A program made the position numbers and the translations under genes. Below, piece by piece: positions 9,116 through 18,902 of a stretch of 64,000 nucleotides of DNA. Numbering within the stretch: position 1 is the first letter of the stretch; each line of letters starts with the position of its first letter. This DNA comes from Armatimonadota bacterium. Lineage in GTDB: Bacteria; Armatimonadota; HRBIN16. The notes under the pieces are model-generated. The model was not told where the DNA came from and searched no databases. It saw only the letters and a program-made list of their open reading frames with translations. The stretch lies in the NCBI GenBank assembly GCA_963677485.1, contig OY781964.1:1856001-1920000 (forward strand). Direction: 5' to 3'.

Positions 9116-11475
9116 TTTTGAACATGAACCATGACGAAAAGACTGATGCTGCCGCACTGCGACGCAAAGCTGAGGAGCATTTACAGGCTAGCGCGTTGAG
9201 CGACCAGGCAGGTTTTGATTCCGCCGATACACTTAAGCTGATGCATGAGCTGTCCGTGCACCAAGTGGAACTGCAGATGCAGAACGAAGAGCTGCGGGAG
9301 GCCAAAGATGAGGCCGACACTTGGTTAAGCCTCTACACGGAGCTGTTTGACTTCGCCCCAGCTGGTTATTTCTCACTAGACGCCAATGGTATGATCTGCC
9401 AGGTAAACCTTGAGGGATCACGCCTGCTAGGTATGGAGCGGTCGAGTTTGGTCGGCACACTATTTGAGGGTTTCGTCAGTGCCGAACACCTCACGTTGTT
9501 CAGGTCCTTGATGGTTGATATCGCTGAGACCCAGCTTAAACAGAGCCGCGAGCTCGTGTTGTCATCCGCGGATGGCAGACGAGTGGACGTCCGGCTAGAT
9601 GCGGTCTGCGGCAACAACGGCTTGACCTACCGCATGGCAGCAACGGACATTTCCGAACGCAAGCAGGCCGAACAGATGCTAAAGCGAATTGAATGGATGC
9701 TCACAAAAACGCCACAAAGCCTGATCGATGATGATCAAGAGCAACTGCTGTATGCGCCACCTGCACTTCAGAACGGCCTGGTCATGCAGTCCATGGGCCA
9801 GAAAGGGTTGGTGCCTATCATTCATGAGGCTTCCGAATTACTGAGGTCGTCAGCGGCTGTGTTTGAACGGAACGGCGACTGTGCTTTTATGATGCTGACT
9901 TCCGAATGGTGCCGATTGATGAACTCATCGACCACCGCGGGTCAGCCCACAGTTGAACCTGGTAAATTGAACGCCTGCCATGCCTGCGCACTGAAAGATG
10001 GCCTTAATGCCATGAGCCTGGCAACACCCACAGATACCATTTGTGCCTGCGGTTTGCACCTCTACTGCGTGCCGATCATGGCAAGTGGTGAAGTCGCAGG
10101 AGCGGTGACCGTGACGTATGGTGACCCGCCATCGGATCCGGCCATTCAGATCAAGCTAGCCTCAGAGTACCAAGTCAGCTTAGTGGATATCAAGCACGCG
10201 GCTTCTGTATATGATACACGCCCGTTATACATTATTGAAATCGCCAAACACCGTCTGCAAACATCGGCACTACTGATCGGCTCTATGATTGAGGCCGCCA
10301 GCAGTAAACAGCAGCGCGAAATGCTGGAGGTGCAGCTCAGGCAGTCACAGATCATGGAGGCCGTGGGTCGATTGGCGGGAGGTGTGGCGCATGACTACAA
10401 CAACATGCTGACCACCATCCTGGGATATGCCGAATTAGCGCTGGGTGAACTGCCGCCCACTCATCCGCTGAGCACCAGCCTGCGGGAAATTGTGACAGCA
10501 GGCCAGCGCTCAGCCGACCTGACTAATCAGTTGCTGACATTTGCCAGCAGTCAGCCGATCACACCCAAGGATGTAGACATCAACGAGGCTGTGGCTAACA
10601 TGACCAGCACTCTGCGCCGAATGATAGACCCCGGTATCGACCTGTGTTACAAACCCTGCCGTGAACCGCTGTGGGTTTATGTGGACACCGCGCAGATAGA
10701 TCAGATCATGTCAAGTCTTGTGTTAAATGCTAAAGAGGCGATCCATGGCCATGGCCAAATCACAATCGAGACCTCAAGCCATATAATCGATTCATCCTAT
10801 AACCAGTATCATAGCGAGGTGAAGCAAGGCCGGTTCGTGTTGATACAGGTCAGTGATAATGGATGCGGAATGGATAAGGATACCCTGAACAACCTTTTCG
10901 AACCTTTCTTTACCACGAAGCGGTTCGGCCAGGGAGCGGGGCTGGGATTGGCGACCGTGTATGGCATCGTGAGGCAAAATAACGGCATCATCAACGCCTC
11001 AAGTGAGCCAGGCCTTGGCACCACCATCCAAATCTATCTGCCGCAAAATGCCAGTGTGCCACATCAAACGGTCATGGGTACCGAGCAGCCAAACGAGCCG
11101 GCAAACCTGGCTACCGTGCTGCTGGTTGAGAACGAGCCCTCTGTGCTTCGCTACACGGAGATGGTATTGACCCGGTTTGGCTACACCGTGCTCAGCGCAC
11201 TGCAACCACTGCAGGCTATCTCCATCGCAAAGGAACACCAGGGTGAGATACAACTGCTCATCACCGATGTGGTGATGCCAGAGATGGACGGTAAAACTCT
11301 TGCTGACACCATCCGCGGTTTACGCCCAGAGATCAAGACCGTGTTTATGTCGGGCTATACGTCCGATGTGATGCGTGACCATGGCACTCCGGGGGACAAT
11401 CTATTCTTCGTCCAGAAACCATTCAGCCGGGGGGAACTCGCCATCGTAGTGCAGGATGCGCTTAAGCAACGATAA
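9112..11475 (+). CDS. Hybrid sensor histidine kinase (PAS, PocR-like, HisKA, HATPase, receiver)
   Basis: AGGVAHDYNN H-box, DNGCGM, FFTTK, GLGL, ITDVVMP. Cys-rich PocR-like segment CHAC...CACGLH...VPI. Confidence 0.92.
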   Translation: MILNMNHDEKTDAAALRRKAEEHLQASALSDQAGFDSADTLKLMHELSVHQVELQMQNEELREAKDEADTWLSLYTELFDFAPAGYFSLDANGMICQVNLEGSRLLGMERSSLVGTLFEGFVSAEHLTLFRSLMVDIAETQLKQSRELVLSSADGRRVDVRLDAVCGNNGLTYRMAATDISERKQAEQMLKRIEWMLTKTPQSLIDDDQEQLLYAPPALQNGLVMQSMGQKGLVPIIHEASELLRSSAAVFERNGDCAFMMLTSEWCRLMNSSTTAGQPTVEPGKLNACHACALKDGLNAMSLATPTDTICACGLHLYCVPIMASGEVAGAVTVTYGDPPSDPAIQIKLASEYQVSLVDIKHAASVYDTRPLYIIEIAKHRLQTSALLIGSMIEAASSKQQREMLEVQLRQSQIMEAVGRLAGGVAHDYNNMLTTILGYAELALGELPPTHPLSTSLREIVTAGQRSADLTNQLLTFASSQPITPKDVDINEAVANMTSTLRRMIDPGIDLCYKPCREPLWVYVDTAQIDQIMSSLVLNAKEAIHGHGQITIETSSHIIDSSYNQYHSEVKQGRFVLIQVSDNGCGMDKDTLNNLFEPFFTTKRFGQGAGLGLATVYGIVRQNNGIINASSEPGLGTTIQIYLPQNASVPHQTVMGTEQPNEPANLATVLLVENEPSVLRYTEMVLTRFGYTVLSALQPLQAISIAKEHQGEIQLLITDVVMPEMDGKTLADTIRGLRPEIKTVFMSGYTSDVMRDHGTPGDNLFFVQKPFSRGELAIVVQDALKQR

Positions 11476-11599
11476 CACATATCTATAATCTGCCAGGCTG
11501 AGTGTGTTGGCCAGGGTGGAGGAACGCCGCCACGGCCTTATGTACGTAAGTATATATAGAGGGCGTGAAACCGCCCGATAGCTTCCATGTGATAATGAT

Positions 11600-12250
11600 A
11601 TGGACATCAACAACCTGGGGATAACCACTTTGGACATAAATTTCAACGAGATCATCATCTTCATCGTCGCGTTCGTGGTCAGCATCAGCGTGCATGAGTG
11701 CGCCCATGCCTGGACTGCCGACCGACTAGGCGACCCGACACCCCGTTATCAGGGACGAGTGACGCTCAATCCGGCGGCGCATCTTGACCCTGTGGGCACG
11801 ATACTGCTGCTGACCGGTGTGATATTCCATGCCCCTGTGATAGGATGGGGCAAGCCGGTGATGTTCAACCCGCTAAACCTAAAGAATGTACGACGCGACA
11901 CCATGCTGATTGCCGCGGCAGGCCCCTTCAGCAACCTTCTGATGGCGATTTTGTTTTCGACGATATTGCGCGCTTTCCCTCATGCGCCCGGTTTACTGCC
12001 AGAGCTGTTGCTGAATACCATACTCTTGAATGTCAGCCTGATGTTCTTCAACTTGATTCCAGTACACCCTTTGGATGGGGGCAAGATCATCAGCTTCTTC
12101 CTGCCGAGTGACCTGGCTATCCGATTTGACCGGTTCATGTACCAATGGGGATTTATCGGCCTTTTCGTGGTGGTATTTGCTGTGCCCCAACTATTGAATG
12201 ACATTGTCGGTAAACCAGCCATATGGCTTGTGGGGAAGCTTCTAGGTTAG
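11600..12250 (+). CDS. Site-2 protease, peptidase M50 family
   Basis: HECAH zinc motif, AAAGP, NLIPVHPLDG. Confidence 0.92.
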   Translation: MDINNLGITTLDINFNEIIIFIVAFVVSISVHECAHAWTADRLGDPTPRYQGRVTLNPAAHLDPVGTILLLTGVIFHAPVIGWGKPVMFNPLNLKNVRRDTMLIAAAGPFSNLLMAILFSTILRAFPHAPGLLPELLLNTILLNVSLMFFNLIPVHPLDGGKIISFFLPSDLAIRFDRFMYQWGFIGLFVVVFAVPQLLNDIVGKPAIWLVGKLLG

Positions 12251-12334
12251 TTAATCAGCATCTACTGTTACCCCTGTGCGGTATACTTCATTTGGAAGAG
12301 TGCAGTCAATCTTAACCCATGAGAGACAATAACT

Positions 12335-12763
12335 ATGGTTGGAAACACACCCGATAGGCCCATAAAACGGTCCACTCGCCAGCGTGACCTCATCGCGCTG
12401 CTCGTGTTTGCTGTTGTCGCGGCGCTGTTTCATTTCAACTTTACGATGAGCATGGTCAAGGGACGGAGTATGGAACCCACTTTACACGACGGGCAGGTTG
12501 TTCTCGTTGGTAAGAGGATACCGTTCTATTCATCGAGCTCATTAAAACGCGGTGATATCATCATCTTCCATCAAGATGGAGAGACGCTGGTCAAGCGTGT
12601 ATCATTGCTTCCAGGCGACCCTCTGCCTGATGGCCGCATACTTCCCCAGGGCTTCTTCTACGTATTGGGCGATAACCCGCCCATGAGTGAAGACAGCCGC
12701 AGTTTTGGGCCCATCGCCGCCACGCAAATTGTGGGACGGCTGCTCAGAGCCAAACCTTTATAA
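12335..12763 (+). CDS. lepB: Signal peptidase I
   Basis: GRSMEPTL (catalytic Ser), RGDIIIF, VKRV (Lys), LGDN...SEDSR..G. Confidence 0.88.
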   Translation: MVGNTPDRPIKRSTRQRDLIALLVFAVVAALFHFNFTMSMVKGRSMEPTLHDGQVVLVGKRIPFYSSSSLKRGDIIIFHQDGETLVKRVSLLPGDPLPDGRILPQGFFYVLGDNPPMSEDSRSFGPIAATQIVGRLLRAKPL

Positions 12764-12784
12764 ACCGTTAAGGAGTCTAGGAAT

Positions 12785-13555
12785 TTGCAGAACCTACTAG
12801 AAGGTAAGACCGCTTTAGTTTTGGGCGTGGCGAACCACCGCAGCATCGCTTGGGCGGTGGCCCGCAAGCTATCCGCACAAGGCGCTAAACTGGTGCTCAC
12901 CTATCAAAACGAGCGCTTAGCCAAAGGCGTACAGGAGCTGGCAGACACCATCCCCGGCACACTGGTACTGCCTTGCGACCTGAGCGATGATGCGCAGATT
13001 GATGAGCTTGCCGAATCGCTGAAGCAAAAAGTGGGCACCATCCATGCCGTTGCTCATTGCGTAGCCTTCGCCAAGAAAGAAGAGCTCTCAGGACGCTTCA
13101 TCAACACCAGCCGTGACGGCTTCAAGCTCGCGATGGATGTCAGTGCCTTCACGCTGGTGGCGGTCTGCCGCGCAGTCGCCCCCCTGATGACCGAAGGCGG
13201 AAGCATCATCACCCTCACCTATATCGGATCCGTGCGCGTGGTGCCCAACTACAACGTGATGGGCGTGGCCAAAGCGGCTCTAGAGGCCTGCGTGCGCTAC
13301 CTGGCCAACGACCTGGGACCAGACGGCATCCGCGTGAACGCCATTAGTGCGGGTCCAGTGAACACCCTGGCAGCCCGTGGAATCGCCGGCTTCACCGGAA
13401 TGATGAAGCAGGTCGCCGAAGTGACCCCGCTGCGCAGTGCGACTGAGCAGGACGAGGTGGGTGACACCGCGATGTTCTTGTGCAGTGATCTGGCGCGCGG
13501 CATCACCGGCGACGTCCTGTACGTAGATAGCGGCTATCACATCATGGGTATGTAA
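12785..13555 (+). CDS. fabI: Enoyl-ACP reductase
   Basis: GVANHRSIAW, YNVMGVAKAALE, AGPVNTLAA. TTG start after AAGGAG. Confidence 0.95.
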   Translation: MQNLLEGKTALVLGVANHRSIAWAVARKLSAQGAKLVLTYQNERLAKGVQELADTIPGTLVLPCDLSDDAQIDELAESLKQKVGTIHAVAHCVAFAKKEELSGRFINTSRDGFKLAMDVSAFTLVAVCRAVAPLMTEGGSIITLTYIGSVRVVPNYNVMGVAKAALEACVRYLANDLGPDGIRVNAISAGPVNTLAARGIAGFTGMMKQVAEVTPLRSATEQDEVGDTAMFLCSDLARGITGDVLYVDSGYHIMGM

Positions 13556-13615
13556 TTCCGTGTCAGGGTATAGGTGCCAGAAACAGTCTGTGGCACCTGC
13601 TTGTAGGTACCAGTC

Positions 13616-13696
13616 GTAGGGGCGTCCCTTGTGGGCGCCCTAAACAAAAACTATCGAATAAACAACGATTAGGGCGCCCACAAGGGGCGTCCCTAC
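13616..13696. repeat. Inverted pair of GTAG-family REP hairpins
   Basis: GTAGGGGCGTCCCTTGTGGGCGCCCTA ... TAGGGCGCCCACAAGGGGCGTCCCTAC. Confidence 0.8.
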
Positions 13697-13808
13697 GACA
13701 GTACCAGTTACAGCCCAGGCTGCCGTGCCAGCACGGGAAGGTGCTATTCGGTAGTGGCGTCGTGTTGAGCAGTTACGTTTTAGCTGAATAGAAATCGAGG
13801 TATCCCTA

Positions 13809-15023
13809 ATGCCTGATGTTATTTATCCAAACTACAAACCGACAGACCCCGATGCACAGGTGATTCTGCAGGAAGACGGACGGATACGCATCGGGATATG
13901 CGATGAATCGGCTCACGAGATCGCGCGGTGCTGGGTATTCGCACGGCATATCGCCATCGGCAAAGCGCGCACCGGAATGGGCGGGATCAGCTACGTCTCA
14001 ACCGATGAGGAGCACCGCATGAAGGGGCTTGGCCGCCGCCTAATGATGGAGACCAACCGGTTCTGCCAGAGTGTGGGCATGGGCATCATCATGCTCTACG
14101 GCATACCCGACTATTACCCCAAATTCGGATATGCGGTCTGCGGGCCGGAATACCGCGTGGAGCTGCACAACCCCGATGTCCACGCAAAACTGCCGGAGGG
14201 CTGGAGCAGCCGCGAGGCGGAAGTGGAAGACCTGCCTGCCATCAGGGCAATCTACCGGCACTGGCTGGATAAGGGCTGCTGCGGAGCTCATGACAGGCAA
14301 AGTAATCTGGACCCCGCCTGGCTGAGCCTGGAATATGACTGCATGAGGCACAACATCGACGAATGCCAGCTGGTCTGTTCACCGCATGGCGATGTCGAGG
14401 GTTATGCATGGCACTGCCGGAGCAACAACTTTATAGTTGGGGCCGAACAGCAGGAGCCGGAAACCCTGGTGTGGGGTGAGGTGATGGCCCTTAACCCTGC
14501 GGCCGCCGATGCAGTGGTGGCCGTCTGCCAACAGCTCATGACCATCATAGGGTTATTGACGGACCGCAACCTCAGCAAGATCACCTTCTCCATTCCGCCG
14601 CATGGCGAGGTGGCCAACGCGCTGCGATGGGGGCACAGCCGCTTCCGGCACGACTTCCAGAAGGACGCCTGGTTTATGTCACGCTGTGCGGATGTCGGCC
14701 AGTTGCTGAAAGATATGCTTCCAGAATTTGAGTTGCAGTGTCGCCATCAAGGCGTGCTGGAGGCCCGGCTGGTGATCAGCGTCGATGGCTTACAGCACCT
14801 GCTGACGGTGCATCAGGGGATTTTCAACTACGAAAAGTGTATCAGCCAAAAGCCAGACCTGGAGTTGAGCAGCGGGCAACTTTCGCAGCTTGTGCTGGGT
14901 GCCTACACGGTCGATGAATTTTATTCTCGGCAGATAGTCAACGTCAACCCTGAGGTGATCAATATCTGCAAGGTTCTGTTCCCGAAGCGGTTTAACCACG
15001 TGTTTGTGCGAGACAGGTTCTAG
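13809..15023 (+). CDS. GNAT acetyltransferase, Eis-like (tandem GNAT + SCP-like tail)
   Basis: GGISYVSTDEEHRMKGLG, YYPKFGY, ~400 aa, C-terminal LSQLVLG. Confidence 0.8.
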   Translation: MPDVIYPNYKPTDPDAQVILQEDGRIRIGICDESAHEIARCWVFARHIAIGKARTGMGGISYVSTDEEHRMKGLGRRLMMETNRFCQSVGMGIIMLYGIPDYYPKFGYAVCGPEYRVELHNPDVHAKLPEGWSSREAEVEDLPAIRAIYRHWLDKGCCGAHDRQSNLDPAWLSLEYDCMRHNIDECQLVCSPHGDVEGYAWHCRSNNFIVGAEQQEPETLVWGEVMALNPAAADAVVAVCQQLMTIIGLLTDRNLSKITFSIPPHGEVANALRWGHSRFRHDFQKDAWFMSRCADVGQLLKDMLPEFELQCRHQGVLEARLVISVDGLQHLLTVHQGIFNYEKCISQKPDLELSSGQLSQLVLGAYTVDEFYSRQIVNVNPEVINICKVLFPKRFNHVFVRDRF

Positions 15024-15431
15024 CCGTCGCCCTGTATCAACGGATACACCTTAACACAATGGCGCAAGGGGGTAAAGACGCAAAGGGGAATGGTTGTGGG
15101 CACCGCGCACGCATCGCGTGCGGTGCCCGGGTTAGGGAAAACCTGCGCGGAGATCGGTAGATACTGTGGCTTTTGTCAAGTCCCCAGGGGCAAATCTGGG
15201 GATTTGGACCTGAATATCAGACACTGGCTCTAGACCACGTAGAATAACGTTAATGTGATGTTTGTGGCATATAGACCAAACCTGGATCCGCGACAGAAAC
15301 AGGCTCAGATGGCATCAGTTGGTCCGTAGCACCTCACATGACGCTCGGAGTCGCGAACGAACGTGCGACATCTTCGTGGCTTCGAAAGATATCGTTATGC
15401 TTCGATGCGTGCTATCGGCAGACTGCCGCAG

Positions 15432-16708
15432 CTAGGATACTGGTGTCAGAACCCTCGGTTTGTTGCCCACCCGACTGCGCGATGGCCGGTTTCGGGATGC
15501 GGGCCGACCACCGCCGGCAGGAGTGGGCTCATTGGTGGGATTTCCATCCACGCATCCCCGTCTTGGAACGCTCACGTCCAGCCCAGGATCATTGCCTACA
15601 CCGGCTATATCATGGGCCGCTCCGGCACGATCCTGGACATGTCCGTTCGCGTCGGTCAGCGGTTGCTGGTTGGCCGCATTTGAAGCTTGTTCGATGCCGA
15701 AGTTTGGATCATATGGCTGACGGCTGATTAATACCGACCACATGAGCACCAGCTGCTTGCGCATGATTGCGCACCGGACAACTCGCTTGGACTTCGGTTT
15801 CTTATTGGGATTCTTTACCAAATTCGGATGCTGCAGTTCCTTCACGAAGTCGTGCATGCTCTGGCCAAGCTTTTTCGACTTACCGTTGACCATCTTCACC
15901 ACAGTGCTCGATCCACAGTAGAGTAATGTCCGCATATATCGGTCACCCATCTTGGATATGGAGCCGTCGTATGTCTTGCAGCTTCCTGACCGTTGCGGGC
16001 AGGGGTTCATTCCGAAATAGCGCGCGACCGCTTTCGATGTTTCAAATCGTTTAGCATCACCGATTTTCGCAAGGAAATAGCTTGCTGTGACGTCGCCGAT
16101 ACCCGGAATGCTCTTCAGCAGAGCCATATCTTCGGTCATCTGCGGTGAACTCATCACAAGCTCTTTGATCTGAACATCAAGCTTTTTGATGCCCATGTCA
16201 TGAAAAGCGATCATCTCGTCCAGCACTGTGCTCCGCGTAAGCCGACAGCTTTGGCGCTGGGCGATCGCCTCATACGGCGGTCATTGGTGTAACCAATAAG
16301 CGCATCATAGCATGCTAGACGAGGGACATAGAGTGAGACATTGTGACTTTTCACATAGTCAGCGATTAGCACGCTGTCAGAGCAGTCCGTCTTTTGTTCC
16401 CAGCCTTTGGCTTTGCGGTGATAGAGAACCCGTTTTGGCTCCAGTTGGACAGCATCGTGCTGGTGCTCGTAGAGGTAATCAAGCAGCGGTCGGCTGTAAG
16501 GCCCGGTGGCTTCAGCCGCATACAAGGCGGGAGTTCGGGTAAGCTTCTTCACCCATGACAACAACTCCTTGTATCCGGCCTTGTTGTTCTTGAACTCCTT
16601 ATGGTCTATCGGCTTGTGCGATGAACCTAATACAGACGCGTCAAACGTCAATTTCGAGATGTCGATCCCGACATAATGGATGTAGATTTTGTCTTCAACT
16701 TCGTGCAT
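15432..16708 (-). pseudogene. IS110 DEDD recombinase/transposase, frameshifted near 16230-16280
   Basis: N-part (ATG 16708 after GGAG): VGIDISK, AAEATG, KTDCSD. The C-part is in another frame: SIPGIG, YFGMNP, QRSGS, ISKMGD, AIMRK. Confidence 0.85.
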
Positions 16709-16741
16709 GTGGTAATCTCCAGTTGGTAGTGATTGATGGTG

Positions 16742-16940
16742 CAATCAACCAAATCAGCCTAGCGAACACGGGGTTTTCTCCCAAGATACTGTTCGATATG
16801 GGTTGATTGGGAGAAGGATGCCTATCTACGTCACGGTGTTTTCCACCAGGGGCGGTTCCGGCATCCAATCCTTCTCCTTCACCCCCAGCTAAGGGGTGAG
16901 ATTAGCTCCCCGACTGCTTTTGGTGTCCGGGGAGCTCACC
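16742..16940 (-). ncRNA. Predicted IS110 bridge RNA
   Basis: Two 5' hairpins, then a target-binding loop (stem 16877-16860/16822-16810; guides GAACCGCCCCT and GTAG) and a donor-binding loop (stem 16809-16801/16750-16742; guides ACAGTATCT and CTAG). The guides match the actual flanks and ends. Transcript boundaries are approximate. Confidence 0.8.
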
Positions 16941-17225
16941 ATATATAGCGTACTAGGGGCGGTTCGCGAACCGCCCTTCTTGCATGCGCCACGATCACCC
17001 GTGGTTGCCCACCATTACCATCGGTCCTATCCGTCGCATCCGTCGAATTCCCGGATTGTCTGAACCGCGGATGAACACGGATGGACGCGGATGGGGAGGG
17101 AAATACCAATCGGGAGATTGGCGTGCCCAGGGCGGTAGGCTATCCCGTAATTCGGGGAATCCGTACACTTTGGCGCCCGAACCCGCCATAATGAAGATGG
17201 TAGGTCACCCCATATCGGAGGAAAC

Positions 17226-17468
17226 ATGAATTTCATCGTCTGGATCGTCATTGCGGCCATCGTCTACAACCTCATTACAGGCAACGGGCAGAAGAACGCG
17301 GGTATTCTCATATTGGGCATGATGGCTATTGTTCTGCTGGTGGTGGGAATGGTGGCTGTCAGAATCGCCTCTGTGTTGTTCCCTGTGGCTATTGTGGTTG
17401 GGCTCATCTATGTGGGCACACGCTACCTTGGCGGCGGCGGCAAGGGCGGCGGGTATTTCCCTAAGTAA
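17226..17468 (+). CDS. Small hypothetical membrane protein
   Basis: RBS GGAGG, three hydrophobic segments, Gly-rich tail. Confidence 0.7.
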   Translation: MNFIVWIVIAAIVYNLITGNGQKNAGILILGMMAIVLLVVGMVAVRIASVLFPVAIVVGLIYVGTRYLGGGGKGGGYFPK

Positions 17469-17492
17469 ATCTACTCTCAACGAGGTTCAAAT

Positions 17493-18902
17493 ATGTCTCA
17501 GACTCTCAAATTCGGCACGGATGGCTGGCGCGCGGTCATGGCCAAAGATTTCACCTTCTCCAATGTGGCCGTCGTGGCTCAGGCGATCGCAGATATGCTC
17601 ATCAAGAAGGGCACCGCCTCCAAGGGCGTGTTCATCGGGTATGATGCCCGGCTGCTGAGCGACCTGTTCGCCCGCACCGTGGCTGAAGTGCTGAGTGCCA
17701 ACGGAATCCCTGCGCTGCTGCCGGATCGTGATACCCCTACCCCGGTCACAGACTACACCATCAAGGCACGCGACCTTGCCGGTGCGGTGATGCTGACCGC
17801 CAGCCACAACCCGGCGCAATACAACGGCATCAAATTCCTGCCAGATACCCTGCACCCCGCTCTTCCCGACATCACCGATGTGATTGAGCAGAACATCTCC
17901 AAGCTGCTGATGCAGCCGTCACTGGTCAAAAGCGACGTCAACGATGCGCTGATTCAGATGATCGATCCCCTGCCCGACTACTTTGAGGCTCTGCACAAAC
18001 TAATCGACACCAGCGCGCTGAAGGGGCTGAAGGTGGTTTTTGACCCGCTATACGCCACCGGCCGCGGATATGTGGACCGCTTCCTGCGTGAAGTGGGCGC
18101 CGATGTGGTGACCATTAAAGGCGAGTGGAACCCGGGTTTCGGCGGCAAGATGCCCGACCCCAACACCGCCAACACCCGCGATCTGGCCGCCAAGGTTCTG
18201 GAGCTTGGAGCGGCCATCGGCCTGGCAAATGACGGCGATGCGGACCGCTTTGGTGTGGTGGACGACGACGGCACCTGGCTGAGCCCCAACAAAATCATCG
18301 TTTTGACCATGAACTATTTGATCCACAAGCGGAAGCCACTGAGCGGGGACGTGATTCGTACCGTGGCCAGCACCCACCAGATTGACGCTTTGGCGAAGGC
18401 GCATGGGGCCATCAAAGTCACCGAAACGCCTGTGGGCTTCAAATGGGTGGGCAGCGAAATGGCCCGTCTGAACGCGCTGGTCGGCGGCGAGGAGAGCGGC
18501 GGTCTGAGCATCATGGACCACATCCCTGAGAAGGACGGCATCATGGCGGACATTTTGATGGCGGAGATGGTCGCCGCCACCGGCAAGAGCTGCGGTCAGC
18601 ACCTGAAGGAAATTGAGGCGATCACGGGTGAGTTTGTCTCGGGCCGCATCGACATCCATATCGATGAAGCCAAGAAGAACATCATGATGTCGGAACTGAA
18701 GCAGAACCCGCCCAGCCATTTCGCCGGGCAGGACGTGATCAAAACCGACACCCGCGACGGGGTGAAGCTCTGGCTGGCCGATGGCAGTTGGGCGCTCATC
18801 CGCGCCAGCGGCACCGAGCCGATGGTGCGCGCCTACGCTGAGGGCAACAGCGCCCAGCGTCTGGCGGAAGTGCAGCAGGCCATCCGCGCAGAGCTGGGGT
18901 AG
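17493..18902 (+). CDS. Phosphoglucomutase/phosphomannomutase family
   Basis: FGTDGWR, TASHNP, DGDADR, GEESGG, RASGTEP. Confidence 0.95.
   Translation: MSQTLKFGTDGWRAVMAKDFTFSNVAVVAQAIADMLIKKGTASKGVFIGYDARLLSDLFARTVAEVLSANGIPALLPDRDTPTPVTDYTIKARDLAGAVMLTASHNPAQYNGIKFLPDTLHPALPDITDVIEQNISKLLMQPSLVKSDVNDALIQMIDPLPDYFEALHKLIDTSALKGLKVVFDPLYATGRGYVDRFLREVGADVVTIKGEWNPGFGGKMPDPNTANTRDLAAKVLELGAAIGLANDGDADRFGVVDDDGTWLSPNKIIVLTMNYLIHKRKPLSGDVIRTVASTHQIDALAKAHGAIKVTETPVGFKWVGSEMARLNALVGGEESGGLSIMDHIPEKDGIMADILMAEMVAATGKSCGQHLKEIEAITGEFVSGRIDIHIDEAKKNIMMSELKQNPPSHFAGQDVIKTDTRDGVKLWLADGSWALIRASGTEPMVRAYAEGNSAQRLAEVQQAIRAELG

Larger units (their letters stand above)
15159..16956 (-). mobile_element. IS110-family insertion sequence (IS621-like) inserted in a REP
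   Basis: CT core dinucleotide at both ends on the minus strand (16956-16955 and 15160-15159). The right end reads TTGACA-aaagcc-ACAGTATCT. Removing the element restores the REP GTAGGGGCGGTTCGCGAACCGCCC. Confidence 0.88.

Noticed and set aside
16226-16290. Programmed ribosomal frameshift in the IS110 gene
   Set aside because: No slippery heptamer is visible, and IS110 recombinases are normally single ORFs. A mutation or assembly error is more likely.
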